This document shows positions 1-8,118 of a stretch of DNA of 37,369 nt, one piece after another; the first letter of the stretch is position 1, and each line of letters starts with the position of its first letter. Below the pieces are notes generated by a model. The model was not told where the DNA came from. It ran no database searches and was given only the letters and a program-made list of their open reading frames with translations. This DNA is from Candidatus Thalassarchaeaceae archaeon (GTDB taxonomy: Archaea; Thermoplasmatota; Poseidoniia; Poseidoniales; Thalassarchaeaceae), in the NCBI GenBank assembly GCA_965659915.1, contig CBFHYB010000003.1, positions 1 through 37,369 on the forward strand, read 5' to 3'. Both the position numbers and the translations under genes were made by a program.

Positions 1-1968
1 CAAAGTGGTAGTCGCAGTTTACCAACTCTAGTATTGTTGGTTTTACTTGCTTCTGCATTTTCCCCTGCTCTTGGGGGAGCAGTGCAGAGTTCAGGTTCTG
101 ATCCTCTAGGGGTTGAGTTCACAGATGTTAGTAATATCACGGGTCTTTCCAATCTCTCTTCTGGACCGCTTTCCAATTGGGCATCTTATGGCCCGGGGAC
201 ATCATGGGGTGATTATGATGGGGATGGCGATTTAGACCTGTACATCACCGCTCGCTTTGACCAACTTGGGATGGAAACCGAAGAAAGTTTTGCAGAAGGT
301 ACAGAACAGTCGGTGATTGATGCTGCAATAGAGGAGAACCGCTCAGGTCAAACATTTTTGATGCGAAATGATGATGGCCAATTTGTGGATGTTTCAGTAT
401 CTGCAGGTGTGAAATTAGTCAATTCAACAGCAATTGGTGCAAGTTGGGCAGATTTTGATGGAGATGGAGATGTAGACCTTTACATCTCAAAATTTGGGGT
501 GGCAGATTTTTCATTGACTGCAATTAATTCCGGTGGCGAAGAAAATATCATGTTTTCAAACAATGGCGATGGTACATTTTCTGATGTTACTGCACTTACA
601 AATCTCGGGAATCCAGGACATTCTACTGGCGGAGTATGGGCCGATTATGACCACGATGGCGACCTTGATTTGTATTCTATAAATTCGGGAATTGTTGATG
701 AGAGGGATTTTGAGATGTGGCCGGAGACAAATATACTCTATCGAAATGATGGAGATTCCAACGATGATGGAGTCCCCGAATTTAGTGATCAGACAATTGA
801 AGCTGGTCGTATTTCTGGTCAAGAACTAAACCCTACCGAGGATTTTATACCTGCGGTATCAAATGAATCACAGGATGATGCACCTGATGGTGCCCAGGGT
901 GGAAATGTAGTACTTGGTAATGGCAATGTCCTTTCACCAGCAGGTACAGGGGTTACTTGGGCTGCATTATGGTTTGATTACAATAAAGATGGTTGGGAGG
1001 ACCTCTTTATTGCCAGTGACTTTGGTATTTCCCCATTATACGAAAATAATGGTGATGGCACATTTGATCTAGTCACGGAAAAAGCAGGGTTGCTATTTCA
1101 AGGAACTGGCATGGGAGCTCATGCAGCCGACATTGATGGTGACGGGGATTTTGACCTATGTCAAACAAATTTTGGTCCCAATTTCATTTGGTATAATCAA
1201 AATGGTGAATCATTTGAAAGAGAATTAGATAGTGATTTTCATAATAATGATGACAAGAGAATCACCGTAAACTGGGATTGCCACTTTTTTGATTACGACC
1301 TTGATGGTGATTTTGATCTGTTCACAACTGCTGGCCGCATCAACACATATGTTCCAACTCAGGAAAATACTCTGTTCAGAAACGATGGAAATGGATGGTT
1401 AACTGATATTACCTTAGAAGCAGGTTTAGGGGGCCATGAAAAGAGCATGGGTGCTTCAACGGTTGATTTTGATGGCGATGGTGATATTGACATAATAGTC
1501 GCTAACTCTGATGGGCCACTACAACTGTTTGAGAATAATGCTGCACAGATTACTGGGAATCATTGGCTGAAAATTGCATTGCAAGGAAATCAGTCAAACA
1601 GTTATGGGATTGGAATGTTGGTTGAGGTTGAATTATCCAATGGTATTGTGATTTCACAACAAACCTATGCTGGTTCAGGTTATCTTGGTTCAGGTGACCC
1701 TGTAGTACATTTTGGATTGGGTAGTGAAACCCAAGTGAAGGAAGTGCGAGTGAAGTGGTCTTCTGGCCATATTCAGGTTATTCAAAATGTAACGGTTGAC
1801 CAGACATTAGTGGTAATGGAGGAAGCTCCACCACCAGTAGAGGATAATTATCTCGTTTTGGCAGCAATCGCAATTTTAGTGATTGGTATTGGCGGAGGAA
1901 TCCTAGTAATTCGAAACCGTAACAACTCTGCCTTAAGTGAAGTTGATTCAAATCTCTCTGAAGATTAA
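1..1968 (+). CDS. Secreted, C-terminally membrane-anchored FG-GAP/VCBS repeat protein with UnbV/ASPIC-type domain (CRTAC1-like); 5' end probably outside the window
   Basis: Repeated Ca-binding FG-GAP motifs: WGDYDGDGDLDLY, WADFDGDGDVDLY, WADYDHDGDLDLY, ADIDGDGDFDL, FDYDLDGDFDLF, VDFDGDGDIDII. C-terminal ASPIC/UnbV-like block: NHWLKIALQG..GIGMLVEVEL..GSGYLGSGDPVVHFGLG..VRVKWSSG. This is followed by a Pro-rich spacer and one TM helix (LVLAAIAILVIGIGGGILVI-RNR). Frame 1 is open back to base 1. The signal-peptide-like hydrophobic run already starts before the TTG at 34. Confidence 0.8.
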   Translation, partial: QSGSRSLPTLVLLVLLASAFSPALGGAVQSSGSDPLGVEFTDVSNITGLSNLSSGPLSNWASYGPGTSWGDYDGDGDLDLYITARFDQLGMETEESFAEGTEQSVIDAAIEENRSGQTFLMRNDDGQFVDVSVSAGVKLVNSTAIGASWADFDGDGDVDLYISKFGVADFSLTAINSGGEENIMFSNNGDGTFSDVTALTNLGNPGHSTGGVWADYDHDGDLDLYSINSGIVDERDFEMWPETNILYRNDGDSNDDGVPEFSDQTIEAGRISGQELNPTEDFIPAVSNESQDDAPDGAQGGNVVLGNGNVLSPAGTGVTWAALWFDYNKDGWEDLFIASDFGISPLYENNGDGTFDLVTEKAGLLFQGTGMGAHAADIDGDGDFDLCQTNFGPNFIWYNQNGESFERELDSDFHNNDDKRITVNWDCHFFDYDLDGDFDLFTTAGRINTYVPTQENTLFRNDGNGWLTDITLEAGLGGHEKSMGASTVDFDGDGDIDIIVANSDGPLQLFENNAAQITGNHWLKIALQGNQSNSYGIGMLVEVELSNGIVISQQTYAGSGYLGSGDPVVHFGLGSETQVKEVRVKWSSGHIQVIQNVTVDQTLVVMEEAPPPVEDNYLVLAAIAILVIGIGGGILVIRNRNNSALSEVDSNLSED

Positions 1969-2107
1969 TCAATTGGTTCAAGTAGGGCGGGTCACAAACT
2001 AATAATGGCGGAGGACTTTTTGGTAAATTATTAGCCATAAAGAGCCTGTCTGCACACAGTATTAACAAAGAACAGCGATTCGGCCGGCAGGTCGGAGGGA
2101 TGATGGG

Positions 2108-3298
2108 ATGTCACTAAAACTAGGTCCGGCGGGTGTTCCGCTTTCATGTAAGGGTAGAACAATCGTTGAAGGTATGGATGATATCACCACTCTCGGTCTT
2201 GAAACAATGGAGATTCAAACCGTTAGAACTGTCCAACCAAAACACTTTGACCAGTACTGGCAAGCAGGTGTGCTTTCTCATAAAACCAAATTTGAGATGA
2301 ACTTGCATGGCCCTTACTACGCGGAGTTGCTAGGGGATCGTCGAGAACGTAGCAGAACCTTGGCAAAAATGGAAGCATCAATTCAAGCGGCTAAGGTCAT
2401 AAATGCGCGGCATATTGTGTTCCATGTTGGGCCTTATATGGGTTTTAGCAGGGGCAAAGATGCCAATGAACAGGTTGCTAACATTATGGCTGGCGTAGTT
2501 GAGCGAGTTGGTGAATTATGGGGCGATAAATCACTTGAGGAGCAGCACATTGCATTCCCTTGGTTGAATGATGACACTCCTGCATTGGTTGGTATTGAGA
2601 CCAGCGGTCGACAAGAATTATGGGGCACTTTAGAGGAAGTTTTGGAAGTCAGCAATCACGTTGAAGGAACAGTTCCTGTGCTCAATATGGCACACATCCA
2701 TTCCCGCGGCCACGGGCGACTCAGAACCAGTGAAGATTACGGGGAATTGTTTGATATGGTGCGCGACACATTAGGTGGCAAAACATTCTATTGCCACTTT
2801 TCTGGAGTTGAACATCGTATGGGCAATGCTTTGCATTATACTCAAGTCAAAAAATCCGATCTAAAGTTTGAGCCGTTAGCAGAATTTTTGGCAGAAGATG
2901 GTGATTGGCTTGATGTTACAGTGATTTCAGATTCTCCATTGCTTGAGCACGATGCAATGTTTATGTTACAGCAATATGACCGTTCAAAACACAGGCTACT
3001 TGAGAAGCAAGCTCGTGATGAACGCAGAATAAAATTGGCGTTACAACAAGGTCTTGACCCAGAAGAGTTGGCTGCTAGAGAAGAAGAAGAAAAGAAGAAG
3101 CGTTTAGCAGCGGAAGAAGCAGAAGGCAAATCCAAAAAAGGTAAGAAACCCGCGGCGAAACCCGCGGCGAAACCTGCTGAAAAACCAAAAGAGAAACCGG
3201 CTAAAAAACCCGCTAAATCAAAGGCAAAAGGTGCTAAGGCAAAGGACGATAATGATGATATGTTTGAGGATAATGATGATGACGATGACATCTTCTGA
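2108..3298 (+). CDS. Xylose-isomerase-like TIM-barrel protein of the endonuclease IV (AP endonuclease 2) type, with a Lys/Pro/Ala-rich then poly-acidic C-terminal tail
   Basis: Blocks resemble endonuclease IV metal-site strands: LHGPYYAELLG, IVFHVGPY, VGIETSGRQELWGTLEEV, NMAHIHSRGHG, FYCHFSGVEH. The last ~90 aa are low complexity (see repeat and finding). Confidence 0.6.
   Translation: MSLKLGPAGVPLSCKGRTIVEGMDDITTLGLETMEIQTVRTVQPKHFDQYWQAGVLSHKTKFEMNLHGPYYAELLGDRRERSRTLAKMEASIQAAKVINARHIVFHVGPYMGFSRGKDANEQVANIMAGVVERVGELWGDKSLEEQHIAFPWLNDDTPALVGIETSGRQELWGTLEEVLEVSNHVEGTVPVLNMAHIHSRGHGRLRTSEDYGELFDMVRDTLGGKTFYCHFSGVEHRMGNALHYTQVKKSDLKFEPLAEFLAEDGDWLDVTVISDSPLLEHDAMFMLQQYDRSKHRLLEKQARDERRIKLALQQGLDPEELAAREEEEKKKRLAAEEAEGKSKKGKKPAAKPAAKPAEKPKEKPAKKPAKSKAKGAKAKDDNDDMFEDNDDDDDIF
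3146..3217 (+). repeat. In-frame 12-nt tandem periodicity (aaacccgcggcg x2, then diverged units) encoding KPAA-KPAA-KPAE-KPKE-KPAK-KPAK
   Basis: Read directly: gaaacccgcggcgaaacccgcggcgaaacctgctgaaaaaccaaaagagaaaccggctaaaaaacccgct. It lies inside the 3' end of the 2108-3298 CDS. Confidence 0.85.
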
Positions 3299-3407
3299 AA
3301 TCAAGAATAATTCATCCCTCCAAGAAATAAATTCACACCGAAAAATCGGTTCTTACTTGTCATTGCTAAGGCAATCGTGATATCCTCTATTACTAGGCCG
3401 CTACCTC

Positions 3408-4394
3408 ATGAGTGAGAAGAAGGCGTGGTATACACCATTCACTAAGTCACTCATCAATACTCAGGAGATTATTTTTCTCACCTCATCTTTGCTGGCAATT
3501 GGTATCGTAGTTTATGATTCAATCAACGATTTACGAAACACCAACCAAACTGAATGGACATTCTTAGTAATCGTTGATATTGTTCTTCTTGGTTACTTTG
3601 TCACAATCCTTGCGGATTCACACTCCAAAAGTGAAAATCGCATTGAATGGTGGAAATGGAATTGTTTGCAGATAATTGCCTTGTTCCCACTTTTAGGAAC
3701 CGCAATCCCTGGATTGGGTGAAGCAGGGGTGCTCAGATTTCTTCTCTTAGTTCCAGCTATTCAAGCAATTTTGCGAATGCTAAATATTGCTGAAGGTGGA
3801 GAAGTTTCGGTGCAACAACGCATAACTCATTTATTCATTATCGTTTCACTGCTAACCCTTGCAGGTGCATTATTAACTCTCATGTTTGAGATTCAGTATG
3901 AAGACGAATGTATTGCTGATCCCAACTGTAATGAGGCAACACTAGTGCTGACTTTTGATAATTCAATTTGGTATGCAGTTGAGACGATTACTACGGTTGG
4001 ATATGGAGAATATTACCCACATTCCGTTGGAGCAAGGGTGGTTGCTACAATATTATTGTTCGTTGGAATTGGTATGTTTGGTACATTAGCTGCTACTTTG
4101 TCTCAACTATTCTTTTCCAACCAGATGTGGAGAAACAAACAACGTGAAGATTTTATTGCAAAACTTCACCTCCTTACAGAACTTCATGACAAAGGAGATC
4201 TTTCGGATTCACAATTTGTTAGTGCCAAAAAAAGGCTTACTGAAATCCGTCAAGATGATGAAAAAGAGTTGTCGGAATTAGATGCTGCCACTGGAGGAAT
4301 TGCAAGGAAAAAATCAATTGACATTACCGAGCGAAAAGAGCGCTTGGATGAAGCAAAACAATTCTTCAGTGAGATTGCTGAAAAAGAAAAATAA
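3408..4394 (+). CDS. Potassium channel (multi-TM, Kv-like architecture) with C-terminal SHOCT-like domain and charged coiled tail
   Basis: Canonical selectivity filter ETITTVGYGEYYP, preceded by a pore helix and followed by an inner helix (VVATILLFVGIGMFGTLAATL). Four upstream hydrophobic segments, including a weakly charged S4-like LRFLLLVPAIQAILRML. C-terminal KLHLLTELHDKGDLSDSQFVSAKKRL matches the SHOCT consensus pattern. Confidence 0.85.
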   Translation: MSEKKAWYTPFTKSLINTQEIIFLTSSLLAIGIVVYDSINDLRNTNQTEWTFLVIVDIVLLGYFVTILADSHSKSENRIEWWKWNCLQIIALFPLLGTAIPGLGEAGVLRFLLLVPAIQAILRMLNIAEGGEVSVQQRITHLFIIVSLLTLAGALLTLMFEIQYEDECIADPNCNEATLVLTFDNSIWYAVETITTVGYGEYYPHSVGARVVATILLFVGIGMFGTLAATLSQLFFSNQMWRNKQREDFIAKLHLLTELHDKGDLSDSQFVSAKKRLTEIRQDDEKELSELDAATGGIARKKSIDITERKERLDEAKQFFSEIAEKEK

Positions 4395-4458
4395 TTATTA
4401 TTACCAATGTTTCAACTATATGGTAGGTTAATTAAGGAATAATAATTCCAACATATTG

Positions 4459-5202
4459 ATGCATATTGCAGGTAAGGTCATGTTGGCTTTAGGGCTAGTC
4501 ATGTGTTTGATTGCTGGGATAATGATGGTCGGCGGCGCCGCCAAGGGCGCAGGAGACCTTGCTGAATTGGCGGATTACGAATTTTCCGTTGAGAACGCAA
4601 CATCGGGCACCATTGAGATTGTAGACGAAGATGGAAAAGGAGATTTCGGGGTATCATTCTGGGTGAAGGGCGAGTATATCGACGAAGACGAGAATGGGAT
4701 ATGGGATATCTGTGATGACACCAATATCACCATCACCCAACATCCAGAGGTCAACACTGATTGGGATGCGGAAGGAGAAAACTACACTCTAGGTGAATTC
4801 TACTACGAGGTATTAGACGGGTTTGATGGGTGCGAGGCTGATCAACTTAACAAAGAAGATATTCTTCACGGTGAGGGTTTCGTCAAGGTAGGCCGTGCTT
4901 GCCTTGGTTGCTACGCAGGAACCTTGGAATTCGAATCCAATGTCACAGTATATGTCAGTTATGACGATCCATGGCTTGAACAACTTGGAGATGGCCTCTT
5001 AGCATTGCTTGGAGGAACCATTGGGGGCAGTGCATGCTGTTGTTGTGGTGGATTTATTGCATTTATTGGCCTGATTTTAGGGTTTACTTTGAAAACACCT
5101 GAGCAAAAAATGGCTCTAGCACAGGGGCACCAAACCCCTGGTGTAATGCCACAACAAGAAGGAACTATGCATTCAGTAGGTAATCCTCCTGGTAATATCT
5201 GA
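4459..5202 (+). CDS. Hypothetical membrane protein (N-terminal TM, acidic Cys-containing ectodomain, second TM carrying a CCCC run)
   Basis: ORF with an ATG at 4459 (the track uses the TTG at 4456). TM1 is KVMLALGLVMCLIAGIMMVGG. The acidic central region has several Cys. TM2 is GGSACCCCGGFIAFIGLILGF. No family recognised. Confidence 0.55.
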   Translation: MHIAGKVMLALGLVMCLIAGIMMVGGAAKGAGDLAELADYEFSVENATSGTIEIVDEDGKGDFGVSFWVKGEYIDEDENGIWDICDDTNITITQHPEVNTDWDAEGENYTLGEFYYEVLDGFDGCEADQLNKEDILHGEGFVKVGRACLGCYAGTLEFESNVTVYVSYDDPWLEQLGDGLLALLGGTIGGSACCCCGGFIAFIGLILGFTLKTPEQKMALAQGHQTPGVMPQQEGTMHSVGNPPGNI

Positions 5203-5278
5203 GTTGGTTTCTGTATTCTTCATTGATGATATAACGGCTTAGGGCGTTCTTGATATGTAGGTGGTGTGTGGTCTTGCC

Positions 5279-5830
5279 ATGGCAGATGTTGGTGAGTTCA
5301 TCCAAGTAGGGATTCTCACTTCATCAGACCGTGCTAGTAGTGGCGAGTATGAGGACCTAAGTGGACCGGCAATTCGTGGCTTCTTTGAAGAGGCTTTAAT
5401 TTCTGAATGGGATGCAATTTCTGTTGTTGTTGAAGATGAGCAAGCGGCTATTGAGTCTGCTCTCATTGATTTGATAGATGTGCAGGGGTGCAATCTTGTT
5501 GTCACTACAGGTGGCACAGGGCCAGCACCAAGAGATGTGACACCAGAAGCGACTGAAGCGGTGTGCAGTAGGATGTTACCGGGATTTGGTGAACAAATGC
5601 GGGCAATTTCACTTAGATATGTGCCAACAGCGATTTTATCGCGCCAAAGTGCTGGAATTCGCGGTCAAGCGTTAATCATTAATTTACCAGGGGCGCCAAA
5701 GGCAATCCGCGAAACTATTGACGAAATATTTGCAGCGGTTCCTTACTGTATTGATTTGATTGGCGGGCCTTACATTGAGACCGACTCCACAGTAGTGGAA
5801 TCATTCAGGCCAAAACACGCCCGCCGCTAG
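5279..5830 (+). CDS. mogA: Molybdopterin adenylyltransferase MogA
   Basis: Near-colinear with E. coli MogA: GILTSSDRASSGEYEDLSGPAI, VVTTGGTGPAPRDVTPEAT, LPGFGEQMRAISLRYVPTAILSRQSAGIRGQALIINLPGAPKAIRET, VPYCIDLIGGPYIET..FRPK. The ATG at 5279 fits the homologue N-terminus better than the GTG at 5261. Confidence 0.9.
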   Translation: MADVGEFIQVGILTSSDRASSGEYEDLSGPAIRGFFEEALISEWDAISVVVEDEQAAIESALIDLIDVQGCNLVVTTGGTGPAPRDVTPEATEAVCSRMLPGFGEQMRAISLRYVPTAILSRQSAGIRGQALIINLPGAPKAIRETIDEIFAAVPYCIDLIGGPYIETDSTVVESFRPKHARR

Positions 5831-5885
5831 AATACAGCGATTCTGCTACAAACGCGCTTAAGAGAGAGGGGCAGGTCGGCGGGCC

Positions 5886-6713
5886 ATGGCGAAATTGAAG
5901 AAGACCGACCTTGAAATCTCAAGAGACAATGATGAGATGCGAGAAATCTCAGTTACATTGGATTTCACACCGAATGCTTTGGCATCGGTTCTTTACAAGC
6001 AAGGTGATACTGTTGTGCTAGCCTGCTGTACGAAGCAGAACTCGCTACCACGCTGGTTTCCAAGAGATGCAGACCGTGGTTGGATTCACTCCGAATACTC
6101 ACTGTTACCGGGTTCAACTGACTCACGTTTTCAGAGAGAGAGAAGGGGTGCTAAGGGTCGCACTTACGAGATAGAGAGACTCATTGCGCGCTCACTTCGC
6201 GGGGCAATTGACTTAGAGGCACTTGGCCCAGTTGCTCTGACAGTGGACTGTGATGTTCTAAATGCAGACGGAGGAACTCGTTGTGCTTCAATTACCGCAG
6301 CAAATATTGCTCTGAGGTTAGGGATTCGTAGATTAATTGCTAGTGGTGATTCATTACCTAAGGATTTACGCCCAACTTACGAGGACAAAAAATCAGGTTG
6401 GAAAGCACCTGAACTTGATTCAGATGCGCGTAATGCACACGAGCGTTCGATACTTGCTAATGATATTGCAGCAGTTAGTGTTGGTCTTGTTGATGGTGAG
6501 ACTTACCTTGATTTGGATTATATTCTTGATAGCAATGCAGACGTTGACATGAATGTTGTAATGACTAGTGACGGCCGTTTCATTGAAGTTCAATCTACCG
6601 GCGAGGAATCAACATATTCTCGTGAAGAATTGAATGCACTTGTTGACTTGGCTGAAATTGGGATGAAACAAATTCACGAGATTCAAGCCAAAGTCCTTGA
6701 TGGCATTGAGTGA
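5886..6713 (+). CDS. rph: Ribonuclease PH (bacterial type) with an internal ~25-aa insertion
   Basis: Matches the RNase PH consensus: GWIHSEYSLLPGST..R..RE...GRTYEIERLIARSLRGAIDLEALG...LTVDCDVLNADGGTRCASITAANIAL...AAVSVGLVDGE..LDLDY.LDS.ADVDMNVVMTSDGRFIEVQSTGE. There is extra sequence (SLPKDLRPTYEDKKSGWKAPELDSDARNAHE) relative to the E. coli enzyme. Confidence 0.9.
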   Translation: MAKLKKTDLEISRDNDEMREISVTLDFTPNALASVLYKQGDTVVLACCTKQNSLPRWFPRDADRGWIHSEYSLLPGSTDSRFQRERRGAKGRTYEIERLIARSLRGAIDLEALGPVALTVDCDVLNADGGTRCASITAANIALRLGIRRLIASGDSLPKDLRPTYEDKKSGWKAPELDSDARNAHERSILANDIAAVSVGLVDGETYLDLDYILDSNADVDMNVVMTSDGRFIEVQSTGEESTYSREELNALVDLAEIGMKQIHEIQAKVLDGIE

Positions 6714-6764
6714 TTTTGCTCGGCCAAAAGACTTGAAGAGAGAAGCGCAGTCGCCGAGGTACAA

Positions 6765-6837
6765 GCGATAGTAACTCAGCTGGGAGAGTGCCAGACTGAA
6801 GATCTGGAAGCCGCCGGTTCAAGTCCGGCCTATCGCA
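6765..6837 (+). tRNA. tRNA-Phe (anticodon GAA), no encoded CCA
   Basis: The cloverleaf folds by hand. Acceptor GCGATAG/CTATCGC. D arm ACTC-AGCTGGGA-GAGT. Anticodon arm CCAGA-CTGAAGA-TCTGG. Variable loop AAGCC. T arm GCCGG-TTCAAGT-CCGGC. Discriminator A. It is followed by CTTTTTT. Confidence 0.95.
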
Positions 6838-6838
6838 C

Positions 6839-6844
6839 TTTTTT
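6839..6844 (+). terminator. Oligo-T tract directly after tRNA-Phe (archaeal-type terminator signal)
   Basis: A T6 run begins 2 nt after the discriminator base. Confidence 0.45.
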
Positions 6845-6920
6845 CCTTAGCAATGACTTTGATTTTACAGAAAAACTAGGGTGTTAGTTATTCGCATCTA
6901 TCTGAATGTTTTGTCAAAAA

Positions 6921-8078
6921 TTATGTAGAAATTTCAGTTTCGTCAAGCGTTGAGCCATCTTCATCGTCAATATCTTGTTCCGCAACGTCTTCATCATGTG
7001 TGATATGAGATACTTTTCCATCGCCTTCCTTTTCAAGAATTTCTTGTATCTTTTTTTCTCTGACAAATACAATGTTTGCAATCGGGTCTCCCGGGCGGAC
7101 CAAAGGCGTGGTCGCGAGGCCTACAACATAACCATTGACTGGGCTGATCACATCATCGACACGAGCTCCGAATGGGTCTGTGACATAGGCAATTGATTCC
7201 CCCTCCTTGACTGTTGAACCTCCTGCTACCAAGGTATGCAAGATACCACCGACAGGGGCGCGAACCCAGCGGAATTTGCGCACTATGATTCTCCAATTTG
7301 GCTTAACGATGTCACGTTTTAGCATATCAAGATGAGACAGGACATTGAGAATTCCTAAGACCCCGCTCTCCAAGGCAGCGGGTTCAAATCGGTGAGATGT
7401 ACCACTTTCCAGTAGGATTGTAGGGATTCCAGCCTTGGTGGCTTCACGACGGATGCTACCTTTAGGGCCCTTTGAATTCATGATGACTTTGGTTCCGAAG
7501 GCACGAGCAATCTTTTTGCATTTCGCATTATCTAAGTCGGCTCTGATTTGTGGGACATTCATGCGAGTGATTGGTGCTGTATGCAAGTCAATCAGATAGT
7601 CAGATTGTTTGACTACCTTGGTGAAAAGTGCATGGGCGAGGCGGCGAGATTGGTTTCCTGATTCTGAGCCAGGGAATAGGCGATTTAGGTCACGGCCATC
7701 GGGTGTTGTGCGCGTTCCCATCATCATTCCTTCAACATTTACAACTGGAACAAGAATCAATGTGCCTGATAATTGAGTTGGATCAATGTGGTCATCGTGT
7801 GTGCCGGGGATGTGGTCGTCACCATACACTAGGTGATGTATAATTCCAGTACCGTTTAATTCATCACCATGGATTGCAGCAGTTACTGCAATTGTAGGCC
7901 CTTTTTCTGCCCCATGAAGAATTTGTACAGGAATATCTGCACTTTGACCCATAGGGTCTTTCCCAACAGATAAGGCGGTCTCCAAACGGTGACCGGGGGC
8001 TACTTTTTGTCCGTCAAAAACGAATTCGCCCCATTCACCCATTGGTTTGAGGCAACCGGTGCCTGCTTCTAAGTCCAT
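6921..8078 (-). CDS. Succinylglutamate desuccinylase / aspartoacylase (AstE/AspA) family zinc deacylase with acidic C-terminal tail
   Basis: The family signature spans IAVTAAIHGDELNG, RDLNRLFPG and LIDLHTAP. There is a C-terminal hybrid-barrel-like segment (GGILHTLVAGGSTVKEGESIAYV..ISPVNGYVVG). The tail is DEDVAEQDIDDEDGSTLDETE. Confidence 0.75.
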   Translation of the reverse strand: MDLEAGTGCLKPMGEWGEFVFDGQKVAPGHRLETALSVGKDPMGQSADIPVQILHGAEKGPTIAVTAAIHGDELNGTGIIHHLVYGDDHIPGTHDDHIDPTQLSGTLILVPVVNVEGMMMGTRTTPDGRDLNRLFPGSESGNQSRRLAHALFTKVVKQSDYLIDLHTAPITRMNVPQIRADLDNAKCKKIARAFGTKVIMNSKGPKGSIRREATKAGIPTILLESGTSHRFEPAALESGVLGILNVLSHLDMLKRDIVKPNWRIIVRKFRWVRAPVGGILHTLVAGGSTVKEGESIAYVTDPFGARVDDVISPVNGYVVGLATTPLVRPGDPIANIVFVREKKIQEILEKEGDGKVSHITHDEDVAEQDIDDEDGSTLDETEIST

Positions 8079-8118
8079 GCACTAACATTACCTAATTTAG
8101 AAGCAATCTATTATGAAC

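Noticed and set aside
2842-3291. 149-aa minus-strand ORF rich in Ser/Phe/Ala
   Set aside because: It is antisense to the Lys/Glu/Ala-rich tail of the 2108-3298 gene. The AAG/GAA repeats read as CTT/TTC on the other strand and simply avoid stops.
6765-8078. tRNA-Phe as an integration site for a genomic island
   Set aside because: There is no integrase, no repeat of the tRNA 3' half downstream that I could find, and the adjacent genes are ordinary metabolic or replication genes.
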